This document shows, piece by piece, positions 29,380 to 38,041 of a stretch of DNA of 64,000 bases; within the stretch, counting starts at the first letter, position 1, and the number at the start of each line of letters is the position of its first letter. The notes beneath the pieces were generated by a model. The model saw nothing but the letters and a program-made list of their open reading frames with translations, had not been told where the DNA came from and did not search any database. A program made the translations under genes and the position numbers. This stretch comes from Meiothermus sp. (GTDB lineage Bacteria > Deinococcota > Deinococci > Deinococcales > Thermaceae), in the NCBI GenBank assembly GCA_033762915.1, contig JANRLD010000053.1, positions 32,001-96,000 on the forward strand, given 5' to 3'.

Positions 29380-30432
29380 CTACTGCGCCATCGGCAGCAG
29401 CATGAACGACTGCACCGAGAGCTGACCGGCCAGCCTGCGGGCGGCATCGCGGAAGGCGGCGGCCTCGAGCGAGCCGGGCTCGGACACCACGATGGGCACG
29501 CCGTTGTCGCCGCCCTCGCGCACGCTCACCGCGATGGGGACTTCGCCCAGAAAGGCGGTCTTGTACTGCTCGGCCATCTTCAGCCCACCGCCCTGGCCGA
29601 AGATGTGGACGCGCTGACCGCCCTGGTCGAAGTAGGACATGTTCTCGAGGACCCCCAGAATGGGCACCTGCACCCGCTTGAACATGTCCACCGCCCGCTC
29701 GGCGTCAATCCGGGCCACGTCCTGCGGGGTGGTGACGATCACTGCGCCCGAGACCTTGGTGAGCTGCGAAAGCGACAGCTGCACGTCGCCGGTGCCGGGG
29801 GGCATGTCAATGATCAGGTAGTCCAGGTCGCCCCAGGCCACTTCCTGCAAGAACTGCTTGAGGGTGCCGTGGAGGATGGGACCGCGCCAGACCATGGCCT
29901 GCCCCGGCGGGACAATGTTGGCGATGGTGATGAGCTGGATGCCAAAGCGCTCCACCGGCAGCATCCGCTTCTGCGCGTCTACCTGGGTCTTGTGGGCCTG
30001 CGTGCCGAACATCTGGGCCTGGCTGGGGCCGTAGATATCGGCATCGAGGAGGCCGACCTTGGCCCCGTCCTGGGCCAGCGCCACCGCCAGGTTGGCAGCC
30101 ACGGTGCTCTTGCCCACCCCGCCCTTGCCCGAGGCCACCGCCACCACGTGCTTGATGCCGGGAATGGGCAGGTTCTGCGGGGCACGCACCTGCGCCCCGA
30201 AATGCACCTCGATCTCGGTCGCCCCGGTGCGGCTGATGGCGGCTTTCACGTCGGCCTCGATCTTGCCCTTGAGCGGGCAGGCGGGGGTGGTCAGGTTGAT
30301 CTTGACCCCCACCTTGCTGCCTTCCACAACGATCTTCTCGACCATGCCGAGCGACACCAAGTCCTTGTGCAGCTCGGGGTCGTTAACGGTCTTGAGTACC
30401 TCGAGCACCGAGGATTCGCTAGGCATACTCAT
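29380..30432 (-). CDS. mrp: Mrp/NBP35 (ApbC) Fe-S cluster carrier ATPase
   Basis: DPEL, LTTPACP, SGKGGVGKST, DADIYGPS, DMPPGTGD, ENMS. Confidence 0.95.
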   Translation of the reverse strand: MSMPSESSVLEVLKTVNDPELHKDLVSLGMVEKIVVEGSKVGVKINLTTPACPLKGKIEADVKAAISRTGATEIEVHFGAQVRAPQNLPIPGIKHVVAVASGKGGVGKSTVAANLAVALAQDGAKVGLLDADIYGPSQAQMFGTQAHKTQVDAQKRMLPVERFGIQLITIANIVPPGQAMVWRGPILHGTLKQFLQEVAWGDLDYLIIDMPPGTGDVQLSLSQLTKVSGAVIVTTPQDVARIDAERAVDMFKRVQVPILGVLENMSYFDQGGQRVHIFGQGGGLKMAEQYKTAFLGEVPIAVSVREGGDNGVPIVVSEPGSLEAAAFRDAARRLAGQLSVQSFMLLPMAQ

Positions 30433-30682
30433 CTCGTGTTCAGATTATGGACTGGAAAGGGTCTATTGAACGGGGTAAAGGTCACATTGGGGCGGAGGGC
30501 GAGGGAAGAAAAGAGGAAAGGTCAGGCTACATGCCCAAGGGGAGGGTTGGGCCGGCCTCGCTCCACTTGCCCCCCTGCTCGGCCAACCGGTGTGCCGCAG
30601 ATATCCAGGGCAGGACGCGAGACGGCCTGATGTGCCCTTGCCTCCCCGGCAAAACCTGAGGTCACCTTTGGCGGGCCCCCGG

Positions 30683-30711
30683 TTGACTTATCTGCAAATT
30701 GCATATATCCT
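30683..30711 (+). promoter_or_regulatory. Sigma-A promoter with an embedded 19-bp palindromic operator (putative NrtR box)
   Basis: TTGACT-N17-TATCCT; TATCTGCAAATTGCATATA at 30689-30707. Confidence 0.7.
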
Positions 30712-30733
30712 GGTTTGGAATAAGGAAAGAGCC

Positions 30734-31363
30734 ATGTTCGACGAGGAGAAAGCCCGCCAAGACCAGCTCGAGGCCGAGGACGCGGCCCTCGAGGCCGCCT
30801 TGGGCTCGATCGAAAGGCGGCTAAACCCGGACGGTGTCGACCTCGAGGATTTGCGGTCGTTGCGCCGACAGGTCGAGCGGCCCGCCCGCGCCTCTTTCGC
30901 GCAACTCCTGCAGCTTTTCGACCAGCTGAGGCGCCGCAGAGGGGCGCACGACGGGAGCCCCGAGGGCGACGATTGGGTAGCATTGTTTGGGCCCTCGGGG
31001 GCGCTCGAGCCTGTCCTGGCCCGCAAGCTGGGCTATGTGGTGGACGACCTGAGGCGCGAGGCCCACGGCAGCAAAGGTTACGCCGAGTTGCGGCTGCCCT
31101 TCGGGGCCTTCGCCTTCACCAAAGACGCGGCCCTCGAGGAGGCCAAGGACCGCTTCGAGCGATGGCTGGGCAAGCCCGCCTACCGCTTCCCCGGCAAGAT
31201 TCCCTCGGGCTGGCCCAGACATACCCTCTCGGTCTGGGAGTGGCGCTACGAACTGGCTGTGCTGCGCCTCAAGCCCGACGACTCCATCGGCTTCGGCGTG
31301 GCACTGCGCGAAGACCAGCTGAGCCCAACGGTTCTGAAGAACCTCGAGCGCCTCAGCCGGTGA
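30734..31363 (+). CDS. Hypothetical protein, first gene of the putative NrtR operon
   Basis: TAAGGA RBS, host codon usage, no recognised motif. Confidence 0.7.
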   Translation: MFDEEKARQDQLEAEDAALEAALGSIERRLNPDGVDLEDLRSLRRQVERPARASFAQLLQLFDQLRRRRGAHDGSPEGDDWVALFGPSGALEPVLARKLGYVVDDLRREAHGSKGYAELRLPFGAFAFTKDAALEEAKDRFERWLGKPAYRFPGKIPSGWPRHTLSVWEWRYELAVLRLKPDDSIGFGVALREDQLSPTVLKNLERLSR

Positions 31364-31480
31364 GACAGAAAGAAGAAGGCTGCCGCCACAAACCGTCAGC
31401 CTCCAGCCATACCCGCTCGGCTCTTTAGACTTCCGGCTTTTACCTTTCCCCACTGCCCACTGACCCCCTGAACTCTGCCT

Positions 31481-32206
31481 ATGAAAAAAACTTCCGAACA
31501 GCAATTCCTCGAGGCCTACGACCCCAGCCAGTTCGAGCGGCCCTCGGTGGCGGTGGATGTGGTGATCCTGACGTTTCACGAGAACAGGCTCTATGTGCTG
31601 CTGACCCAGCGCACCGAGCATCCCTTCAAGGAGGTGTGGAGCCTGCCGGGCGGCTTCGTGCGGATGGACGAGTCACTGGACGAGGCGGCAGCCAGGGTGC
31701 TAAAGCACAAAGGCGGGCTGGAGGATGTCTACCTCGAGCAGCTCTACACTTTTGGGGCGGTTAAGCGCGACCCCCGCATGCGCATCTTGAGCGTTGCCTA
31801 TTACGCGCTGGTCGAGTTCGGACGGATCAAGGAGGTGGCCGAGCAGGCGGCCTTGCTCGAGGTGGTGGTGGAGTGGGAGGGCGAGGCCGGCGGCCCAGCC
31901 AAGGTGACCGACGCGGCGGGCGACGAGCGCCTGCTGGCCTTCGACCACGCCGAGATTCTGGGCATGGCCATCAAGCGCATCCGGGGGAAGCTCGAGTACG
32001 TCCCCATCGGCTTCGAGCTGCTGCCCGAGAGGTTCACCCTGCGCGAGTTGCAGGAGGTTCACGAGGCCATCCTGGGCCGGCGGGTCAACAAGGACTCCTT
32101 CCGGCGCAAGATGCTGGCCTCGGGGCAGCTCCGGGCCACCGGCGAACTCGAGCAGGGCAAGGACTTCCGGCCGGCCGAGCTGTACCGGCGGGTCGCGGGT
32201 GGTTGA
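31481..32206 (+). CDS. nrtR: NrtR regulator (Nudix plus winged HTH)
   Basis: PSVAVDVV, WSLPGGFV, LEQLYTF, RDPR.R, LAFDH, FTL.EL, FRRK, RPA.LY. Confidence 0.9.
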   Translation: MKKTSEQQFLEAYDPSQFERPSVAVDVVILTFHENRLYVLLTQRTEHPFKEVWSLPGGFVRMDESLDEAAARVLKHKGGLEDVYLEQLYTFGAVKRDPRMRILSVAYYALVEFGRIKEVAEQAALLEVVVEWEGEAGGPAKVTDAAGDERLLAFDHAEILGMAIKRIRGKLEYVPIGFELLPERFTLRELQEVHEAILGRRVNKDSFRRKMLASGQLRATGELEQGKDFRPAELYRRVAGG

Positions 32207-32208
32207 GC

Positions 32209-33141
32209 ATGGACAGAGCGGAGCGCGTCAAAGGCGGGCTGGTCGGGCTCCTGGCGGGGGACGCCTTGGGGGTGCCCTATGAGTTTCACGGGCCAGAGGC
32301 GTTGCCGCCATTGGAGCAGCTCGAGTTCACTCCGCCCGCTGGCTTTCGCCGCGCCCATGCGGGCGTTCCGACCGGCACCTGGTCGGACGACGGGGCACAG
32401 GCCTTGGTGCTGCTGGCCTCCCTGTTGGACAAGGGCGGGCTTGACCTCGAGGACTTTGCAAGGCGGCTGGTGGCTTGGTATCAGCGCGGCTACATGGCCG
32501 TGGACTTCAACGTGTTTGACGTGGGCATCCAGACCAGCCAGGCCATCCGAAATCTAACCAACGGATGTAAGCCGCTCGAGGCCGGCTCGAGGGAAGAGCG
32601 GGCCAACGGCAACGGTTCCCTGATGCGCGTGCTGCCCCTGGCCCTGTGGCACCGGGGCCCAGACGCCGAACTGGTGGAGATGGCACGGTCGCAATCTCAA
32701 GTCACCCACGGACACCTGCGCTCGCAGCTCTGCTGTGCGCTGTACTGCCTGTGGGCGCGGCAGGAGCTTCTGGGAAACCCCGAGGCTTGGGAGACAGCGA
32801 TCCGGACCCTGCACAGCCTCTATCCTGGGAACTCGGCCGAGCGGATGGAACTCGAGTCCCACATCCGCCCCGATGCCGAAACCCAGGTTCGCGGCAGCGG
32901 CTACGTGGTGGACTGTCTGCACTCGGCGCGGTGGGCGCTACGCAAAGGCAGCAGCTACGAGGAGGTAGTGAAGCTCGCGGTCTCGCTGGGCCACGACACC
33001 GACACCACCGCCTGCGTGGCGGGCGGCATCGCCGGAATTCGCTACGGCCTGGAGGGCATCCCCCATCGCTGGCTCGAGGGGTTGCGGGGGAAGGAGCTAT
33101 ACCAGGGGCTGCTCGAGCGGCTGATAGAATCCTCGAGATGA
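32209..33141 (+). CDS. ADP-ribosylglycohydrolase (DraG/ARH family)
   Basis: GDALG.P.EF, WSDDG, GNGSLMR, THGH, DTDTTAC. Confidence 0.93.
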   Translation: MDRAERVKGGLVGLLAGDALGVPYEFHGPEALPPLEQLEFTPPAGFRRAHAGVPTGTWSDDGAQALVLLASLLDKGGLDLEDFARRLVAWYQRGYMAVDFNVFDVGIQTSQAIRNLTNGCKPLEAGSREERANGNGSLMRVLPLALWHRGPDAELVEMARSQSQVTHGHLRSQLCCALYCLWARQELLGNPEAWETAIRTLHSLYPGNSAERMELESHIRPDAETQVRGSGYVVDCLHSARWALRKGSSYEEVVKLAVSLGHDTDTTACVAGGIAGIRYGLEGIPHRWLEGLRGKELYQGLLERLIESSR

Positions 33142-33665
33142 CCCTCGGCCTCTATATCGGGCGCTTCCAGCCCTTCCACAACGCGCACCTGGGGATCGCG
33201 CTCGAGAGCCTTCGGCAGTGCGACAAGCTCCTCTTCGTCCTGGGCAGCGCCCAGCAGTCGCGCACCCGCAAGAACCCCTTCACGGTGGAGGAGCGCTCAA
33301 GCATGATCCGGGCCTCGCTCGAGGGCGCGGGCGTTTCCCCAGAGCGCATCCTCTTCGCGGGCATCGAGGATCACCCCGACGACGCAGTATGGTGCCAGCG
33401 GGTCAAGGCCGCCGCCGCGCGCTACAGCCCCAAACCCGTCCTCTTCGGGGCCGAGAAAGACGATAGCGCCTACTACCTGCGCATCTTCCCGGAGTGGGAG
33501 CTGCGAATTTTCCCGGTGCAAATCTCTATGTCAGCTACCGAGATTCGGCAGCGCTACTTCGCGGGCCAGGTCTTCGAGCACATGGTGCAGGGGGGAGCCT
33601 CGAGCTTCCTCCACCAGTTCGCCCAGACCGCCGATTTTGCAGCGCTGAAAGCTGTTCAGACGTAG
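33138..33665 (+). CDS. nadM: NMN adenylyltransferase (NadM-type, no Nudix domain)
   Basis: IGRFQPFHNAH, GSAQ, KNPFT.EER, SATEIR. Confidence 0.88.
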   Translation: MTLGLYIGRFQPFHNAHLGIALESLRQCDKLLFVLGSAQQSRTRKNPFTVEERSSMIRASLEGAGVSPERILFAGIEDHPDDAVWCQRVKAAAARYSPKPVLFGAEKDDSAYYLRIFPEWELRIFPVQISMSATEIRQRYFAGQVFEHMVQGGASSFLHQFAQTADFAALKAVQT

Positions 33666-34603
33666 GTCAGCCAGGACTCGTATTCTTTTGCCCGGCCAGT
33701 ACAAGCCTCGAGGTAGCGCGCCCGGATGGCCTGGGTCAGCTCGCCCGCCGTGCCGCTGCCGATGGGGCGGAAGTCGATCTCGCGCACCGGCGTGACCTCG
33801 GCGGCGGTGCCGGTCATGAAGACCTCGTCGGCGGCGTAGAGTTCCTCGCGGGTGGCCATGGTCTCGACGACCTCGAGGCCCATATCCCGGCAGACGGTCA
33901 TTACGCTATCGCGGGTAATGCCGGTCAGGTTGACGCTGCGGGCGATGACGTAGACCACCCCACCGCGCACAAAAAAGATGTTCTCACCGCTGCCCTCGGC
34001 CACGAAGCCGTTCTGATCCAGCAGCAGCGCCTCGTCGAAGCCGGCCGAGAGCGCGTCCATGCGGGCCAGCGCCGAGTTGACGTAGTTGCCCCCGGCCTTG
34101 GCCTTGCCGGGCATGGCCCCGGCAGGCAGCCGCACCCAAGCGCTGGTGAGCAGCCGCGCGCCCCGCTGCACCGCCTCCTCGCCCAAGTAGGCCCCCCACT
34201 CCCAGGCCGCCACCATCGCATGAACCGGGCAGGGCAGCGGGCTCACCCCCAGGCTGCCCGCCCCGCGCCAGACCAGCGTCCGCAGCACACAGGCCGGGAG
34301 GCGGTTGGCCCGCACCACCTCGAGGTGCGCCGCGCCCAGCGCCTCGGCAGAATACGGGATCTCCATCCGCATGATCCGCGCACTGTCGAAGAGCCGCCGG
34401 GTGTGGTCGTCGAGCCGGAAGATGGCCGGCCCCTTAGGGGTGGCGTAGGCCCGCAGCCCCTCGAAGACGCTGGTGCCGTAGTGCAGGGCGTGGCTGAGCA
34501 CGCTCACAGTGGCCTGCACCTGGGGCACCAGTTGCCCGTCCATCCAGATCAGTCCCGCCTGAATCTGCGCATCGCCGGTGGGGGTGGGTTGGGTTTGTTG
34601 CAT
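33656..34603 (-). CDS. ilvE: Branched-chain amino acid aminotransferase (class IV)
   Basis: HALHYGTSVFEG, AKAGGNY, EGSGEN, GITR, TGTAAEVTP. Confidence 0.88.
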   Translation of the reverse strand: MQQTQPTPTGDAQIQAGLIWMDGQLVPQVQATVSVLSHALHYGTSVFEGLRAYATPKGPAIFRLDDHTRRLFDSARIMRMEIPYSAEALGAAHLEVVRANRLPACVLRTLVWRGAGSLGVSPLPCPVHAMVAAWEWGAYLGEEAVQRGARLLTSAWVRLPAGAMPGKAKAGGNYVNSALARMDALSAGFDEALLLDQNGFVAEGSGENIFFVRGGVVYVIARSVNLTGITRDSVMTVCRDMGLEVVETMATREELYAADEVFMTGTAAEVTPVREIDFRPIGSGTAGELTQAIRARYLEACTGRAKEYESWLTYV

Positions 34604-34607
34604 ATCC

Positions 34608-35597
34608 CTATCCTGCCACACCCTCGAGCACCCACTCCACCTCGGGGTGCATCGGCTTGATCTCCTGTAACAGCCCGTTCAGGCGCCCGATGGTCCCCAG
34701 GCCCTCCTCGAGCAAAGCCTGGCGGGTGGCCTCTATATCCGGGTAATGCCGCAGCGGGTGCTGCCAGACCGCCCGGCCCGCCAAGTAGCCGCGTGCGCCC
34801 GCGCTCAGGGCGGCCTCGAGCATCGCCACGAACTGGTTCGCATCCAGCCCGCCCGACAGCAGCAGCCAGGGGGCGGGGAGCTTGGTGTACTCGGCCATGT
34901 CGGCCTCGAGGTCGGCCAGCGAGTAGCCAGTCCCGCCGAACTCCTTCACCAGGGCCGCCGCGCCCGGGAAGGCCAGCTTGTAGATGTCCACGTGGAAGCT
35001 GGGGTCGGCAAAGGCGGCGGCGATCTCGAGCGACATCCCGCGCAGCTTGGCGTTGTACTCGGCCTCGCTCTCACCGGCAATGGGGTAGGGCAGCACCTCG
35101 AAGATGAACAGGCGGTCGGCCTTGCGGCACTCCTCCCCCACCCGGCGGACGAACTCGAGCTGGTGCTCGACGATCTCCTGTGGGGCGTCGGGGCGGTGCC
35201 AGGCCAGCAGCTTGAGTCCGTCCGCGCCCATCCGCACGGCCTGCTCCACGCTCCAGCCGGGGATGAGGGCGCTCTTGCGCCAGCCAGCAGCCACCGTCTC
35301 GAAGCGGTGGTGCTCGAGGGTCAGCATCAGGCCGGTCTCGCGGGGTAGGGCGGGCAGGGCGGCCGGGAAGGCGTAGTGCGGGTCGATCAGGATGCCGGTC
35401 ACCGCCCGGCTCAAGGTCTCGGACAGCAGCCCTTTGACTTCTCGAGCCTCCACCGCGACCGACTCCGGGTCACGCCCGGTGGCCTTGGCGATCAGGTTGA
35501 AGATCGGCGGGCGCTGGTCGATGGCCAGGGTTCCGAAACGCATGGAACCGTCGGAGATACGGGCATAGGCTCTAGCTTTGGCGGGGGTGGTTTGCAT
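34608..35597 (-). CDS. Class I aldolase, LacD/YihT family (putative sulfofructose-1-phosphate aldolase)
   Basis: LAIDQR, ILIDP, DGLKL, DIYKL, LLSGG, GYLAGRAVW. Confidence 0.8.
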   Translation of the reverse strand: MQTTPAKARAYARISDGSMRFGTLAIDQRPPIFNLIAKATGRDPESVAVEAREVKGLLSETLSRAVTGILIDPHYAFPAALPALPRETGLMLTLEHHRFETVAAGWRKSALIPGWSVEQAVRMGADGLKLLAWHRPDAPQEIVEHQLEFVRRVGEECRKADRLFIFEVLPYPIAGESEAEYNAKLRGMSLEIAAAFADPSFHVDIYKLAFPGAAALVKEFGGTGYSLADLEADMAEYTKLPAPWLLLSGGLDANQFVAMLEAALSAGARGYLAGRAVWQHPLRHYPDIEATRQALLEEGLGTIGRLNGLLQEIKPMHPEVEWVLEGVAG

Positions 35598-35706
35598 GCG
35601 TGTACCTCGGGGATTCGGGGATTGCGAAAGGCGAGGAAGGTGGAGGGTGGAAAGGGAAAAGTAAAGTCAGAGGCTCTAGGTTTTCCTTTCCTGTTTCCAC
35701 GTCTGT

Positions 35707-36171
35707 TTATAGTTCACCACGATTGCGGGCCTCGAGCAGCAGCTCGAGGGCCTTCTGATTCACCGGGCCCATGATGGCCGGCAGGCTGTCCAGGTCGAAA
35801 AAGCGCAGCTCTTTGGTCTCCTCGGCGTCGGGGGTGATCTCCTCGCCCTCGTAGCGGCCCAGAAAGATCGCGCTGACGTTGTACACCTCGTCGCCGTTGG
35901 GGTAGCGGTAGTAGAACTCCGCGCCGGAGAGCAAGCAGAACAGCTTAAGCTCGCCGACCTCGAGGCCGGCCTCCTCCATCAGCTCGCGCCGGGCGGTCTG
36001 CTCGAGGCTCTCGCCCAGTTCGCAGGCCCCGCCGGGGGTGGACCAGTCGTCGGAGTCGGTGCGGTGCTGCAGCAGCACCCGGCCCTGCCGGTCGAGCAGC
36101 AGCACGCCCGCCCCCACCATGAAGATCGGTCGCGAACCGACGGCCTTGCGCAGATCGGATAGGTAGCCCAT
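35707..36171 (-). CDS. Nudix hydrolase, tandem copy 3
   Basis: Nudix box GGACELGESLEQTARRELMEEAG. Confidence 0.92.
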   Translation of the reverse strand: MGYLSDLRKAVGSRPIFMVGAGVLLLDRQGRVLLQHRTDSDDWSTPGGACELGESLEQTARRELMEEAGLEVGELKLFCLLSGAEFYYRYPNGDEVYNVSAIFLGRYEGEEITPDAEETKELRFFDLDSLPAIMGPVNQKALELLLEARNRGEL

Positions 36172-36633
36172 CTATAGTTCTCCCCGGAGGATTTTATCGC
36201 GCAGGCGTGGCAGGTGGGTCTGGTCGTTGACCGTGACGGGGGGCAGGTCGTCCAGGGTGAAGTAGCGCAGCTCGAGGGTCTCCTGGCCGTCCGCCTTGAG
36301 CTCTCCCCAAACCTCCCGGGTCACGAAGCGTGCCGAGACAAAGTAGACCTGGTCGCCGTTGGGGTAGGTGTAGAAGTAGTCCGCGCCGGAGGTGAGCGAG
36401 AAGAACTGCAAAGCGCCCGCCTCTAGGCCCGCCTCTTCCCTAAGCTCGCGCCGGGCGGCTTGCTCGAAGGACTCACCGGGCTCGAGGCCGCCCCCCGGAC
36501 AGCTCCACAGCCCGTTATCGCCCCGCCGCTGGAGCAGCACGCGGTTCTGGTGGTCGAGCACACATACACCAGCACCCACCGCGAACAGCGGGCGTTTGCC
36601 AACGACGGCACGAAGCTCCTCGATGTAGCCCAT
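36172..36633 (-). CDS. Nudix hydrolase, tandem copy 2
   Basis: GGGLEPGESFEQAARRELREEAG. Confidence 0.92.
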   Translation of the reverse strand: MGYIEELRAVVGKRPLFAVGAGVCVLDHQNRVLLQRRGDNGLWSCPGGGLEPGESFEQAARRELREEAGLEAGALQFFSLTSGADYFYTYPNGDQVYFVSARFVTREVWGELKADGQETLELRYFTLDDLPPVTVNDQTHLPRLRDKILRGEL

Positions 36634-37094
36634 TAGAGCTCTCCCCTGCTGCGGCGCTCGAGCAATAACGGTAAGACTTCCTTCACACCCCTCGAGTGAT
36701 CCGGGGGCGCATCAAGATCAAACCAACGCACATCCAAGGTTTCTTCGCCGTCCGCTCGCAGCATCCCAGTGATACCTCGCGCCAGGTAGACCGCCGTGAC
36801 GTTGTATGCCTCGTGACCGTTGGGATATTTGAAGTAGGTGTGCGCCCCCGAATCCACGTATAGGAGTTCGAACAGCTGCGCATCTACCCCCGCCTCTTCC
36901 CGCAATTCGCGCCGTGCAGTCTGCTCGAGATTGTCGCCGAGTTCCATCGAGCCTGCTGGGAACGACCACACCTCGAGGTCGGCCCGGTAAATCATCAGCA
37001 CTTGGCCCTGCTCGTTTATGGGAATCGCCATCGAACCCACCTGAATCAGCGGGCGCGAACCGACAGTTTGGCGAAGCTCGAGGACGTATCCCAT
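36633..37094 (-). CDS. Nudix hydrolase, tandem copy 1
   Basis: AGSMELGDNLEQTARRELREEAG. Confidence 0.92.
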   Translation of the reverse strand: MGYVLELRQTVGSRPLIQVGSMAIPINEQGQVLMIYRADLEVWSFPAGSMELGDNLEQTARRELREEAGVDAQLFELLYVDSGAHTYFKYPNGHEAYNVTAVYLARGITGMLRADGEETLDVRWFDLDAPPDHSRGVKEVLPLLLERRSRGEL

Positions 37095-37129
37095 GTGTTC
37101 CCACCTATAAGGGCGACAGGCCCGTCGCC

Positions 37130-38041
37130 CTACGATCCCAACAGCGTGTTCACCGCTTCGCGCCTGGGAGGTTCGCCGTCCCGCACGTGCAGCGCCGAGA
37201 CCGCCGCCGCGAAGCGCAGGGCCTCGACCTCGCCCTGCCCCTCGGCGATGGCCAGTGCGAAGGCCCCGTGGAAGACGTCGCCGGCGCCGGTGGAGTCGCG
37301 CACCACCACCCGGAAAGCTGGGAGGTGCCCCTCCGGGTGCCGCACCCCCTCGGCCCCCAGGGTGACGGCGGTCCAGGTCTGCACGCGGTCTTGCAGGGCC
37401 TCGAAGCTTCCCACCTGGGCCATCAGCTCCTCTGAGGCCACGATGTGGCTCGAGTGCGCTGCCAACTGCCAGGCCTCGAGGCGGTCGTGATCCAGGTCCA
37501 GCACCACCGGTATGCCCAGGGCTCTCGCAGCTTTCGCGATCAACAGCCCTGCCTCGGGCCAGCGGTGGTCGAGCAGGACGGCCTGGACGCCCTCCAGCAT
37601 CTCCCCGGCCTCCCAGTCCGGCGCGGTGGGCAGCTCGCCGCGATAGGGGAAGATGTAGCGCTCGCCATCCGGCCCGACCAAAACCCCGCTCACGGGCGTT
37701 CTGGCCCCGAGGGTGAAGTGGGCCTCGACGTTCTCGGATTTGAGCAGACGCTCGAGCTGCTCGCCGCTGGGGTCGGCCCCGCGTCTGGAGAGCAGCCTCA
37801 CCGCACCGCCCAGCCGCGCTACCGCCACTGCCGCCACCGTTGCCGGGCCGCCCAGGGTCTCGCGGTATGCGGTGGTGGGGGTGCGGCTGTGGGCGGGCGG
37901 AAAGTGCTCGACGTAAAACCGCTGATCGAGACAGGCCCAGCCGAGGGTCAGCACCCTGGCCCCACCCGCGCTGCCGCCTCCCTCCCCTGCTCGCGCTTCC
38001 GAGGGGGGGGTCTGCGGGGTGAGCGACCCGGGGCCTACCAT
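37130..38041 (-). CDS. PfkB sugar kinase, YihV (sulfofructose kinase)-like; start uncertain
   Basis: GGPA..AAVAVARLG, DHRW (YihV has DVRW), VVLDLD, DSTGAGDVFHGA. Confidence 0.8.
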   Translation of the reverse strand: MVGPGSLTPQTPPSEARAGEGGGSAGGARVLTLGWACLDQRFYVEHFPPAHSRTPTTAYRETLGGPATVAAVAVARLGGAVRLLSRRGADPSGEQLERLLKSENVEAHFTLGARTPVSGVLVGPDGERYIFPYRGELPTAPDWEAGEMLEGVQAVLLDHRWPEAGLLIAKAARALGIPVVLDLDHDRLEAWQLAAHSSHIVASEELMAQVGSFEALQDRVQTWTAVTLGAEGVRHPEGHLPAFRVVVRDSTGAGDVFHGAFALAIAEGQGEVEALRFAAAVSALHVRDGEPPRREAVNTLLGS

